Source: the human T2T-CHM13v2.0 reference genome, Homo sapiens
Assembly: GCF_009914755.1 (NCBI RefSeq)
Contig: NC_060940.1
Direction: 5' to 3' (one strand)
DNA length: 64,000 bases
This document shows positions 14,906 through 30,855 of the stretch, piece by piece (position 1 is the stretch's first letter; each line of letters opens with the position of its first letter). The position numbers and the translations under genes are program-made. Below the pieces are notes generated by a model. It made no database searches. It was not told where the DNA came from and saw only the letters and a program-made list of their open reading frames with translations.

Positions 14906-15112
14906 CCCCTCTGTAAATCCAGAGCTGCTGCCTCATTTCTTACATTGCCCCCACCCATGCAGCAATTCTTCCTGGGAGGCCTCATTGTTCATATTCATAA
15001 AGGGCCCCATTCAGTCTCCTTTTTGGAGAAATGGCCACTGCAACTCTCTGTTCTGACCTGGGGGGAAATGTTAGACCCTCAATAAGGAGAATCAGAGAAA
15101 GAAGAAATAAAA

Positions 15113-15477
15113 CATATTACTCCATTCCCATACTTCTGTGAAGAAATACCCGAGACTGGGTAATTTATAAAGAGAAAGAGATTTACTGAACTCAGTCGTT
15201 TCACCTGGCTGGGGAGGCCTCAAAATTATGGCAGAAGGCAAAGGAGGAGCAAAGGCACATCTTACATGGCAGCAGACAAGAAAGCGTGTGCAGGGGAACT
15301 GCCCTTTATAAAATCACCAGATCTCATGAGATTTATTCACTATCAAGGGAACAGCACAGGCAGATCCCATGGCTTTGACTCAGTTACCTCCCACTGGGTC
15401 CCTACCATGACACATGGGAATTCTGGGAACTACAGTTCAAGATGAGATTTGGGTGGGGACACAGACAAATTGTATCA
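15113..15477 (-). mobile_element. THE1-family solo LTR (ERVL-MaLR)
   Basis: 'gaaatacccgagactgggtaatttataaag...gatgagatttgggtggggacaca...tatca'; flanks taaaa/tagaa. Confidence 0.9.
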
Positions 15478-15603
15478 TAGAATCATAAAAATTGCTATTT
15501 CTAAGGCAGATGAATAATCCTGGTTGGAAATCATACTGATTTAGACTTAAAACCATTCAGCCTTCTTTACCATTTCTGAATGTGGCCCTGAGGGAGGATT
15601 TGT

Positions 15604-15742
15604 CTTTTGCTATTTTCTTTTTTTAAGAGATGGGGTCTTGTTGTGTTGCCCAGGCCACTCTCCAACTCCTAAGCTCAAGCAGTCCGCCTGCATCGGCCTC
15701 CCGAAGTGCTGGGATTACAGGTGTGAGCCACCACACCCAGCC
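15604..15742 (-). mobile_element. FLAM-like free left Alu monomer
   Basis: Single monomer with T-rich tail; similar flanks gggaggatttgt/gggagggtttgt. Confidence 0.85.
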
Positions 15743-16149
15743 TGGGGGAGGGTTTGTTAAAGAACTGTCTGTTTTATCACATGACCACAAGTTAAAATGT
15801 TGGGCAATGTCCCTGAATGATATCTTTTCATTAGTGACTCACATGGACCCATAATCTCTGAATTTAACATGCTTTTCAGGAATGTGTTCATATTTTCCAC
15901 CTATAAAACCTGTTTTAGTAATTTACTCCCTTGTAAATGTTCCTTGGTATGTAAATTTAGCATATTTCCTTTTAATTGCCCAGGTAAATAATACCCACCA
16001 TCAGAGGGCACCAGTAGTGTAATCACCTTATTTTTTAAAATGTATTCTGTGTTTCATGATTTTTTCTGAATAACTGATCTTTACAGTCTGAATTGCATTC
16101 TGTTGGGCTTGACTTATTTTTAAATTAAAAGAGACTAACACATTAAACA

Positions 16150-16735
<586 letters not shown>

Positions 16736-16808
16736 AGGCTAACACATAAGGAGACATATTTTGATACATGTGGCATATTAAGCTGCTGCTGTTGTTTTTT
16801 AAATATTC

Positions 16809-17276
<468 letters not shown>

Positions 17277-18844
17277 CTAAACGTACCTTATCTCTTGACC
17301 ATGCTATTGATTAGTTATGTGTTTGCCTGTGTTATTAATAATGTATACATTGAAAAATCTATGTGCATTATAGTCTTTGATCTTGTCATGAATTTCAAAG
17401 CCAAAGATTCCATTTTCCTTCTTTTTAAAAAAAATTTTTCAAAGAGGTAGGCTGGAAGTAAATTTAAAAATTTTCCCCTTTCTAGCAGAGGGCTTTTTTC
17501 TGATCACCACCCATGTTAATTAGATATGCATGTATGTGTATGTATGATGTATATACCCATATACACACAGTCTATATATACATGTATGCGCACATACACA
17601 TATTTTAAGGAGAGAATTATAAAATGATCAATTCAAGCTTACTATATGCTAGAGGTGAGGAATATTTGAATACAAGTCTTATCTAGTAGATTAAAACAGA
17701 AATTAAAGACTGTAGACTAAGGCAGGATCAAAGGACCTCTTTTCATTGTTCTTTTATTGTTTATTGACTTCAAAAAAGACTTTTTAGTTTAAACTGACTG
17801 TAATGTCTCTTGAATGGTCTTTTGTAAAATGACTTTGAAAACTCGGGGATAATGTCTTCATTAAGTGGAGAAAAATCTTGGGGAAAATATAACTGTAACT
17901 TGGCTTTCATTAGAGTAGAAAGAGATAAAGCTTTGCTTAATTAATGTCTGTTTTCCCTCTGTTCAGAAGTATAAGGAAAAAGGGGACTGAAATTAGTGCT
18001 GATAAAAGCTTGAATTAGACATTATAGCACTGAAACTTCTTTTTCTTCCTTACTTAGAATTTGGAAGAACATACTTCATACAAAGCTATGAAGCATATTG
18101 GAAGATTTTAGGTGCCCTGTCTTCCTGGATATAAAATGACTCCAAACTCAGTGATACTGATCGCCCTGGCTTCTTTTCCACCTTTCTCACTTCATTGTCT
18201 TTTTGTGTGTTTCTGACATCTGTTGACAAATGGGCAATCTTGGGGATGGGGGGTTCCACTGGTATATTTTCTTTACTGTTTAAGAAAGCTCAAAATTCTC
18301 TCTGCTCTTTTCCAAGCCACCAATCAAAACTGACACTTTCTAAGTGTCCTCATTGCCCTCTGGGAATGTTCATGGCCTCTGGGAGTCCAAGAACTACCTT
18401 TACACTGGATCTTCACTGCTTTTACTATTGTGTGGCTTTCTACCAGTTCTCTGCTCAGCTTCTCTTTTCTGGAGACCTGATATGCTTTGTTAGCTTAGCA
18501 TGCTGTTCTAGGCTGCCTTTCTTTTTTTTTTTTTTTTTTAAACTTCATGGTGAGCAGAACACTGTACTCCAGACTGTGAGGCCCCACCTGTGCAGCCTGC
18601 TGGCTTCTCATACCAGCTTCCTTCTCACCTTAACCCAACGTATTGTTGCAACGGCAAAAAAGAGAATTGCACAGAGGAACACCACCTATCAGAGTTCACA
18701 CTGAGTTTGCAGATTCATCCTTTTGCTTCCAGCCATCCCATGGAATGCCGTTCTTGGAAGGGTCATCTCATGGTCCATTGTCGGCCCTCTTAGAAGAGAT
18801 TTCAGGCCTTCCCTTGTAGCTTGATAGTTACAGGGAGTGCTAGG

Positions 18845-19030
18845 GTAAGTGGAAAAAGCACATGACTTGGAATAAAGACTTAGTACACATCCCATGTCTG
18901 ATTTATACTAACTAGTTCATGGACCTAGCCTAGGTTACTGCACCTGTTTGAGCCTCAGTTTTCCTGTCTGCAAAGGAGGGATGATGGTACTTACCTCAAA
19001 GAATTGTAGTTGGATCAAATGAGTTGGAAT
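18845..19030 (+). mobile_element. MIR
   Basis: 'gagcctcagttttcctgtctgcaaaggagggatgatggtacttacctca'. Confidence 0.75.
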
Positions 19031-20214
19031 GGGATACAGCAACAATCTATATTCTGATTTCAGCAACACTGTGCAGTGTAATTCCATATTATATTATACC
19101 ACATCTTCTGTGGGTCTTTCTTTGAGGGAAGCTAACATTTTAAAAGGTTTCCCTTTGTAACCTGTAACCCCCTCTACCCCAAAAGTATATTCAAGAGCGA
19201 AACTTTTGGTATGACGATGTCTTACATCAGTAGTTCTGAATGACTTGACTTAGCTATCTTTCTTGAGTCTCTCAAAAGACAGATGGATGGATAGATTGAT
19301 TTTGTTGTAACACCTGTTCAGTTTTGCTGGCCTTACTCGTTTTCAAATACTCAAATGCCATTGAGTCAGATTTCAGAGGCAAATGGTGATACCTCAGGTT
19401 TGAAGTTGCAAGAAGTCACCACATGCTTGTTATGGAAATCGTCAGGGATATTTATTCCCTCTCCTGAGAAGCATAATTGAGCCTCCAAACCACCCATCAA
19501 GATATCCACCTGTAAAATATTTAAGAACTGGTACTATGAAGACATTTCCCTTATGCAATTTGTTTTCCATCTAAGAGCAGAACAAGGAAAATATAGCTGA
19601 CTATAAGTTACAAAGGCACACTCTTAAGCTACAAAATACATCTCTTCACAGGAGCACTTGGAGAAGGGCTGAAGGCAAACCAAAAGTGAGCAACAAGGAG
19701 ACTAGTGTTCTGAAACAGAGATGACAGGCTCCGCAGTGAGGGTGATGATGGTGTTACGAATTACCCATTCAGTTTAAACTAGACATTCCCTGGAAGCATG
19801 TCATGGGGTGTGCAGAAGGGCTTTTGGATAAAAGGGGTCTAGTTAAGAGATGTTAAAAAAACAAACTTGAAAAGCATAGCAGGCTGCCAGGACATGTCTG
19901 AGTACCGTGCAGATAGTGGGGAATAGTCTATGGATTCTGCTTACACCATGGACAGCCAGGCTGGGCCATGGGTTGTGTTTTTTTTCCTCTCATTTTATAG
20001 AAATGTTACCAGGCATATTTTCCCTGTTTCCCTAAGAAGAGCTTCCTGTCAGTGCTAGCCAGCCACAGGGCCAAGTGACACCTAGAGGTGATCCTTTGGT
20101 TATTTGCTAAACAGATCTAAGACAAACCGATATCTGTAACCTGGGATTAGATAGAGCCAATAAGATGTAACTGAAATTCTCAGGGATTCTAAGACATCTA
20201 CATTGTATGTTGGT

Positions 20215-20585
20215 ACGTTATTGAAGGTGATGCTAGCTGCTATAACAAATAAGCACGCCTGTGCACAGTTGCTCAAAGATAGTAGAAGTTTATTTCTTGT
20301 TTATATAAGATCCATAATGACTCTTGCTAATTAGCAGGCTGCTCTCTTCCAAGTGGTAACCCAGGGACTCAAGCTCTTTTCATCTTGTGGCTCAGCCGTC
20401 TGACACATGTGGCTTCCAGCACTGCCCTGCTGTTGTCTGCACAAAGCTGGTGGAAGAAGTAGGAATTTGCAGGACCATGTGTGGAGCATTTTAAGGATGA
20501 GGCCTGGGAGTGGCACAAATCTTTGAACTCCAGGAGGCTAGGAAACAGAGCATAACCTTGTGCCCAGGAAGATGCGGGGCATAGT
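20215..20585. mobile_element. Old MaLR/ERVL LTR (MLT1K/J-like)
   Basis: 'gctagctgctataacaaat...agaagtttatttc...cagggactcaagctc...catcttgtggctc'. Confidence 0.6.
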
Positions 20586-20684
20586 ACATCTTTGCCTCAC
20601 CTGATGTATTGTTTGTTTAAAATCACTTTGGATTCTCATTTACCTTTTCCCCCTCAAGATCTTTGTTTTTGACTTTGGAGATAA

Positions 20685-21116
<432 letters not shown>

Positions 21117-22725
21117 TAGGTACCTTTGCCTACCTTCTACTCTACAGGCTGGAACAGGTGATATTGTGCCTACTTCACAGCCTTCCTAGCAACTGAGGAT
21201 GGCTGTATGACAGATTCTAGCCATCAAGTAAAATCAGAAACCAACAGCACGTTTCCTTGAATACCTTTTGCTTTCTATAAAATGGTGTGGCATTGCTGCT
21301 ATTTTCACTCTTCCTTCCTACCCTGGATGCTGATTTGATGCTTCCAGCCTTAGCGGTCTTCTTGCTTCTAGGACTGAACAGGGAAGAGGGAAAAGTCAAA
21401 AGAATGACAGAAGGTCCTCACGTTGCAGAACACTGACCAATGTTGGCAACTACAAGACAATCAGGCGTGATTCTTCATCCAGGATCTGCTTTTCCCTGTC
21501 CTGCCAATTCTTGAGCTGCTGATAAACATTCTGATGCAAACATGGAATACAGATTTCAGAGGGATTCTGGGTAGCCCTCGGAGATGAGGATGCTTTGCGA
21601 ATGTAACAGGCATCTCTCACCTCATTTGTCTGGTGGAATGTTTACAAATGCTAATTAAGTTTTGCTTCAAATGGGGAACAGTCCTGTGCAGTGTTTCTAG
21701 GAAGTTACCAGCTTCATCATAGGAAGACGTTCTCCATCGTTTGGATCTTTTTCACCAGCACCTTTTGGTTGTGGTGGTTTGGGATGTGATGATCTCAGAA
21801 CTTTACATCCTCCATGAAATCTCTGCAGCGATAGTTGAATGTCTTGCCTTTTCTATTATTGCCCTTTTTCTTCTGTGACTTTGTACTGAGACACATTTAT
21901 ATTAGGGTAATGGCCTCATGCTATTTGAAAATCTTTATTTGGGCCACATTGGTTGGAAGATAAAAATATATAAGCAATAGTCCCTGAACATCATTTGGCC
22001 TGAACTAGGCTAGAGTTTCTCTTAATCAAAATAATAACGATGATTTTTCCATGCCAAGGAGTGGTGTCGTATCATGAAGTAGATTTATGTACACATTAAA
22101 TAAACTTTTACATTTTAATGTACCAATTTGCAATTTTTTTTTCTATTCACCAAAATATTCCAGATAACGGTTATCAGTTTTTGATTCTACACATACTTCA
22201 AATACTATTAATGCAAAATCCTTCTTTAGAAATGTTACCTAATTCCAATGTTTCGCTTTATTCAGTGAAGACATTCCTTTGATTATTCTGGTTAGGTGTT
22301 ATGATGCCAATTTGCCCACACATTTTTTCTTAGGCGCCTATGCTTGCAGTAGACAGAGAGTTGATGAAAGCTCAAGGTTAAAACAGGAAAAAGTAACACA
22401 GTAAATACCTATTTTTGTGCATAATTCAAATTAAAACCCCAACCACCTAGAAGCACCAATACAAGGAACTGGCTGCATATTGCATTCCTGTGACCTGCTG
22501 TATTAATGATGGAATGACTAACGAGGATCAGAGGGAATGTGGTCAGCCTCTTATCTCATAAGCCAAATGCTGCATATTCCAAGGCTGTCAATTCTGAAAG
22601 CCCTTGTTCATTTTTAAATAATGAAAAACTTTGGGGCCTTGTTCATTGTTTCTAAAGGAAGACATTTAGAAAATTTAGAATATAAATTTCTGTTAGTAGA
22701 AACTAATTTCTCTTGCTGTTCTCTA

Positions 22726-23111
<386 letters not shown>

Positions 23112-23187
23112 TCACAGCGTCAGCAGAATAAATCTTAGATCAAGATGGGATTACTGCGCCACTCCCTTCTTCCCATTCTGTGGTTTA

Positions 23188-23805
<618 letters not shown>

Positions 23806-24819
23806 GGTGAGCAGATATACTTATCTGTGAGCAGACGTGATTCAGGGGAGATTGTTGTCCCTCCTTTCCTAAGAAAATGTGGAAAGATGAGAATGTTGCC
23901 ACCAGTGCTGATATGGAGCGTTTTTTTTGGAATTGTCTTAAACAAGTCCCAACCTTGACTTTGCCTGTGTACCCTACTCTTTACTCCCAGGTCTTTGCAA
24001 GGTAAGCTGTCAGGTGTTAGCTGAAGATACGGCAGCCCACCAGTGGTCCCCTGAATGCCAACAAGAGTCACCTCTAAGATGATCCAGCTGTTGCATGGTG
24101 TAGCATGCCTAGTCCTTGCAGCACACACGCTGCCATTCTTCTTCGCCGTTGTTACCGTATTAATTTAGGGATGATGAGAAAGTGGCCTCCCTTTCCCTGT
24201 TAATTCCTTGGAGGAACTTCTGTTCGAAATGAATAGTCTTGAAATATGTCATAAAGTTACCTATCAGGACCACTTTTACAGAGATTTAAATGTGATAATA
24301 AGAATAAAAGAAAATGAAGTGACATTGAGGACGTCTTCTTTTATAACAGCTCTAGGTCTTGCCTGTTAAGCACGCTGTAAAATGACTGTTACACGTTTAT
24401 GGATTGAAATGGTTCTGCTGAAATTTTAAGTGTTAACATTGTTCAAATTTTCATTACTAACACCTCTCACATTGTTAGAAAACAGTTTTATGTTTGACAT
24501 TTTGATCATACTAACCTGGGACATTTTATGCTAAAGTTCTCATTTCATGCCTTAGGAATCCCCTGCTTATTTTGATTTCAGCACCTTTCTGTAGGACGCC
24601 AATAGCTTATGTTTGCACATCTTACCCCGATGCACTCTCTAAACCGATCATCACAGAAGATACTTTGTAGTGATGAAGAAAGCTTAAATGTCTCATTTGT
24701 CAGATTGGTTTAGGTAGAAAATAAGGATTTCCACCCCCTCATCGTGGTTCCCTTTTAGATTTTCTTGTTTGCTTTTCTTTAAAGCTGCTGTTACTCAAAC
24801 GACAGTCCGTAAACTGCAC

Positions 24820-25145
24820 TTTATTTTTTATAACAGCTTTATTGAGAGATAATTTACATGCTATACAATTCATGCATTTAAAGTGTACAATTCAATGGCT
24901 CAGTCTATTCAGAGTTGTGCAACCATTGCCACAGTCAGTTTTCTTACCTGAAGGAGAAAGCCTGCACCCCATATTTTTTACCTCCCATTCTCCACTTCAA
25001 CTCTTCCCCAGCCTCTGCGAACCCCTAGTCTGCTCTTCATCTCCATGCGTTTGTATATTCTGGACATTTCTCATTAATGGGCTCACACGATATGTGGTTC
25101 TTTGTGAGTGGTCCTTTCACTTTGCATGCATCATGTTTTCAAGAT
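24820..25145 (-). mobile_element. L1M (L1MB-like) 3' UTR fragment
   Basis: 'acagctttattgagagataattt...ttaaagtgtacaattcaatgg...ttctggacatttc'. Confidence 0.85.
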
Positions 25146-25777
25146 ACTGCACCTAATTTTTCAGTTCCTTGTTTTTTCTTACAAATACATTTTTCAAAAT
25201 GAGTAAACATATGTACAAAAATATTTAATTTATTTAGGCACGCCAGGTTTATGAGATTCATCTTTGTAGCCACCAAGAGCCACTAACAGTGCTAACATAG
25301 CCAGGCATTCTAAATGTGTTTGTCAGGTGCATAAATCTGTGACTGATAAAACCACTGCTCATTACTTGGTTCTTAAACTCTCCCTCAATATAGCTGTAGG
25401 GACATGCAAAACAAAGGCTGGCTCATTAATAGGATATGTCTAGAGTTCTGCTTTAGAAATCATAATGTGGACATCATTGATTTCTCTGATGCTGGAAGCT
25501 GCTGCTGCTTCTTCATCTTTATCTTCTCCTCCCTGTGTATTGAGAGCAGGGACCTCCTTGTGCTGTTTTGGGCTCTCCTTGTTCACCCAGATTGGCTGCA
25601 TCAGCACCTTCTTAAAATATTAGTGTTGCTGAGATAGGAGCTTTTGGTAGATGGATAAACTGGGATTTGTAAATATTTTGCTTAGTTTTTTTCCCAGAGT
25701 TTTGCAGAAGAGAATAAGTTGTTGGTTTGTTATAAGGTGGTCCTTTATAAAGTTTAGACCTATTTTAATAAGGCTGA

Positions 25778-26129
<352 letters not shown>

Positions 26130-26425
26130 ATTTTAAAACTCTACCTTTTAAAAATTAGAACCTGGACAAAGAGGTATTAAAGAATGTGTCTCTTATTAAT
26201 TTATTATGGTAATGAGAAGAGTTTGGATTTGGACCTACCTAGGTTTTTCTTTCCTCCAGCTCCGCCACCCCAACTCCTTACTCATGCTTCCTCTGTAAAA
26301 TGATCACTCCCCAGTTTGACAGGAATTGCCCCTGGAATCCCATCTGGTGTTCTAATTGTTACCAAATCCAGGCAAATCTTGCCTGTGATACAGGTGGTGA
26401 AGCTACTGGATAGAACTGGAGCATC

Positions 26426-26886
26426 TAACTGGTGTGAGATGGTATCTCATTGTGGTTTTGATTTGCATTTCTCTGATGGCCAGTGATGATGAGCATTGTT
26501 TCATGTGTCTGTTGGCTGCATAAATGTCTTCTTTTGAGAAGTGTCTGATCATATCCTTCGCCCACTTGGGTGGATGAAGCTGGAAACCATCATTCTCAGC
26601 AAACTGTCGCAAGGACAAAAAACCAAACACCGCATGTTCTCACTCATAGGTGGGAATTGAACAATGAGAACAGTTGGACACAGGAAGGGGAACATCACAC
26701 ACCGGGGCCTGTTGTGGGGTGCGGGGAGGGGAGAGGGATAGCATTAGGAGATATACCTAATGTAAATGACGAGTTAATGGGTGCAGCACACCAACACAGC
26801 ACATGTCTACATATGTAACAAACCTGCACGTTGTGCACATGTACCCTAGAACTGAAAATATAATAAAAAATACATATTAAAAAAAA
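26426..26886 (+). mobile_element. L1PA4-like 5'-inverted insertion (inverted ORF2 piece 26426-26567; sense ORF2 end and 3' UTR 26571-26886)
   Basis: Minus strand reads [16 protein letters not shown]...YHLTPVR; plus strand has the L1PA 3' UTR and poly-A; 14-bp TSD agaactggagcatc at 26412-26425 and 26887-26900. Confidence 0.96.
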
Positions 26887-27102
26887 AGAACTGGAGCATC
26901 GACTTTCGTTTTCATTTCAAGACCCGTCCCCCATGATCACAGAGGATGAAAAGTCTGCTTAAATTATAAGCTAGCTAATTGCTTCTTCAGTTGAAGACCT
27001 AAATGAGTTTTAAAGTGAAATGCATATCTCTAAGGGCTAAGTAGCCAACACAATAGGCAATTGAGATAGGAAAGACTAATTTAGAAAAGGTTGTTTTGTT
27101 CG

Positions 27103-27226
27103 TTTTTCTTTTTCCTTCCCTCCCTTCCTGATTTCCCATCTTCTTCCTCCCTCTTCTCTCCCCTCTCCCCCTTCTCCTTTCCGTCCTTCCTCCTTCAGTT
27201 CCCTCTTTCCTCTTTTTCACCCTTTT
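27103..27226. repeat. CT-rich polypyrimidine tract
   Basis: About 120 bp of almost only C and T. Confidence 0.85.
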
Positions 27227-29459
27227 ATTTAACATTATAAATACGATGGGATTGTGTCTGCGCTTTTGTTGGTAATTAAATAAATTATTTATACATTTAA
27301 CACAATCTTGAATTACCAGGTGATCATCTTAGGCACTCAAAAGCATAAGAGCCCTTGAAAGCAATATCTAAGCATAGATATTCCATAGCACGTCTTACAA
27401 TCTAAATATTGCTTTTAGTGTAATCGAAGCAGCAAGAGTAGTCACAGCAGTTGATGGACTATTTTTCAAATTGATTTCAAAAATGTATTTAAGGGGATGA
27501 TCTTCTAGTCTAGATTACCTATTGATTTTTAATATGAAAAGCTCATTATGTAAGCAGTAACCGCATATAAAAACCTAGCAAACCTTTGCATAAATCCTTT
27601 AATTGAATTTCCAGAGCCTGTGGTTCTACTTTTTTTTTAATTAAATCTATTTCTTTTTTTAAGTGTTACTGTGTAATTTGCATGCTGTGAAGAGGCCCTG
27701 TCCCAGATAAAGTGCCATTGATCCTTATTAAACCTCACCTCTGGGCTTGCTTAAAACTAACTGGAAAAATTAAAGTGTTCATGCCGCAATGCACTTATAG
27801 CTTGTGTGATAGGATTATGGAAAAAATAATAAAACTAATTTCCAGGGGAGAATTTCTAATGTGAGATTTTATTTTTTTTCAATTTGATAATTAATAGTGA
27901 AATCATATCATATATATAAATCATATTTTAGCCTATAAACTGAAATGGCAATTAGGAAAGATAATATATACTTGATGTAAAACCATGTTACGTGCGGATA
28001 ATCTTTTAGCACTTTAATTTTTTAATTGTAGAAGGAGAGAATTATGAATTCAAGTCAAACACATTAAATGGTGGGTTTCATCCAAAAAATCTGATTCTTT
28101 TACTATGTACTGTATTAGTGGATTTATAATATTAGTGGGAGGAAGTATAAAAGATATGGAAAAAGATATTCTGGTTATGTTCGTGCTAAAATGTGTGTAT
28201 TAGAATTACCAGGGGAAAGAAAAATATAAAAGCTGCAATAGGTTTTTCTATTTTTTAATACCTAACATTTGTTATTTTAAAAGCAATAAAATCCCCTAAA
28301 GAAATATTCGTAATCAATAAGAACACAAAATATGGAATATATTAACTGAGTTATAAAAATGTTTGTAGTATAGCACAGAATGAAAAACACAGCAAGTTAT
28401 GTACGGTTTAAAGTGTAATCAATTTTGAGGTTGTATACAAGGATATACATGATAAATACAAGTAGTAGCATTTTTAGTAAAGGCTGTTACAAAATACTGT
28501 ATTTATGGCCTATTCCATTCTTTTTATAGCTCATTAATGTAGAAAACAAACACAGTGTATCCATCTTCTCAGACGGTTTAAAATTCCCTTAAATGATGTT
28601 TTTAAATGTAAATAACTGAGCTCATTTGATCTGGTTCTTCCTTAAGCCAATGTTAGCATGAATGGCCATATTCACCACCCCGGGGTTCCTTTTCAGACTC
28701 CGGAAAGAAAAAGCGATGATAATGACGTATTTCCCTCCCTTCCACAAAACAGGGCCAGGTGTAACACACTAAGAACAAATGGCTTGGCAGCCTACTCTCC
28801 TCTCTCGAAGCTCCATGCCCACCTTGCTGTTGCACCCCCACCCCAAGGAAAGCCTTCCCACCTTTGGAAGCTGCATTAATTCTTCCAGGCCACAAGGGGG
28901 CCGTTGAGTTAGTGGTTCACTGCACTGGCTGGCAGGAAAGAGTTTTAATGCAGGCTCCAAAGGTGCTTAATTTCCTGTGGTCCTTATGAATATGCATACA
29001 GTATGTGCTCAGCAATCTAGCAGTTCAAACTAGACAGCTGGTTCTGGTGGTGAGGGTTTTTTAAATTTATTTTTTATTTATTTATTTTTTCTCTCCCCTT
29101 TCCTTGGACAAGCCCTTTCTGAATAAGCTGAATCTGTAGTATAATTTCATTAACTCATTTCCAGTATTTAATTTGGTTTTGATATTTCCATCATGGCCCC
29201 TTTTCTCCTTTGATTTTGTCATTCTGTAGAAGTTGATAATCTGTATTATGATCAACAAGGCATATTGCCATGACTGTAGGAATCACCAATTTAGATATCC
29301 AGGCTTCCTAAAATATAAGTAAGTCAGATTTAGCATTACTGTTTTCCTGAATGTAGGAGTATTTGGAAAAGGAAAAAAAAATAAACATACATCTTGGAAA
29401 GCAGAGAAAGGTGTTTTGTTTTCTTTCTGTTTGGATTAACATATTCTCCATCACTGTGT

Positions 29460-29640
29460 AACTTCATCCAATACGTATTGAATACCTACTATGTGTCTGG
29501 CACCACTTCAGACAGTAAGGATATGGATATGAATTTGTATCAGTCAAGCTTTCCAGGATCTTATTATCTAGAGAGAAAGATTAAAACATATGCAAATAAT
29601 TTTGATAGAAGCAAAGACCTAACTCAGCCTGAGAGGAGGT
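29460..29640 (-). mobile_element. L2 remnant
   Basis: 'tattgaatacctactatgtgtctggcacc'. Confidence 0.65.
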
Positions 29641-30357
29641 TGGGTTTAGAGAATGCTTTCATTGTAATGTTTTAAAGCTTTTTATTTATAACTATAGTTT
29701 ATTTGGACTTTATGATTTACCAAGTAACTTTAGATGCAAATATGGTAGTACTGTGAAGATTATGGTTTTTGAATGAAGTCACTTTGTGGCATGATGGTAT
29801 AGAATAAGATATTTTCATAGTGAAAATGGAGATAAGACATGTCCCATTCCCTAGAATAGACTGTCACTGCTCTCGTTGCCTCCAAGGAGGAAACTGTTAT
29901 AGGAATGATTGACATGGAGGTTCATCTGTAGAATATGGACAGCCCTCTACAAATTGGGAACAAGGGCCAGGACACGAAATATAGTGACAGCCTCTGGCCT
30001 GGGAGTCTAGACAGTGGTCAAAGGCAGGATTCATGGAGTTTTCCAAGATAAGATTCAAGACCCAAACTATGAATGAAAGCCAGGCTGAGGCTGGCACCAA
30101 GTAGAGGCCTCCAATAATGTTGACCCAGCGGGGCTGCATTGTTCACTGCCCCCTCCTGGGAAGGAGGAACCAATGACAATGGAGCATCTAAGAGACAAGA
30201 GAAAGGGAGTGTAAAGGTGAGGATTCCATGGCTTTACACTCCAGAAACTCAGGCTAGCTTGTTCTCACTGAAGCAGTCATACCTTCTCGAAGGCAACTAG
30301 GTGGATTACAGAATTGTGCTGGGTCCTATGGAGTGTCAGAAATAGTGAAGCTTCTGG

Positions 30358-30552
30358 AGCTTCACTGTCCAATATGGTAGCCACGTGTGACTATTAAAAT
30401 GTAAATTAATTAAAATTAAAAGTTCAGTTGCTCTGAAATAGCAGCCACATTTCAAATCTTCAGTAGCCAGATGTGGTTATTGGCTACCATATTGGGTAGC
30501 ACCGATATAGAACATTTCTACCATAGTAGAATGCTCTTTTGGATAGATCTGC
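30358..30552. mobile_element. MER3-like hAT-Charlie
   Basis: 'ctgtccaatatggtagccac...ggctaccatattgg...tatagaacatttc'. Confidence 0.85.
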
Positions 30553-30649
30553 TTTAAAGCATTAGTCCCCAAAGTGTGAAGGATGAACCACTTGGGTTCC
30601 GAGAGAAAACATTATAACTTCTGTTTATCCATTAAACTCTTTCATTTAT

Positions 30650-30855
30650 TATTAAACATCTCAACACATTTATTGGGTGGCAGGTACTGTTTTAAGTGTT
30701 TTGCATATATTTACATGTACTGTCCTTTCAAATATTCTTTGAAATAGGACTATTGTTGTCCATATTTCACAGATGAGGAAAGAGATGTGCTAAGAAAAGA
30801 GGTGGCAGAGTAGGGATTCCAGCTCAGTAGCCACTTTCAGGGTCCCATACTTTTC
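30650..30855 (-). mobile_element. MIR
   Basis: 'catatttcacagatgaggaaa...gtggcagagtagggattcc'. Confidence 0.7.

Noticed and set aside
18195-18704. 169-aa ORF
   Set aside because: Non-ATG start, runs through a poly-T tract giving poly-Phe, and has no recognisable domain.
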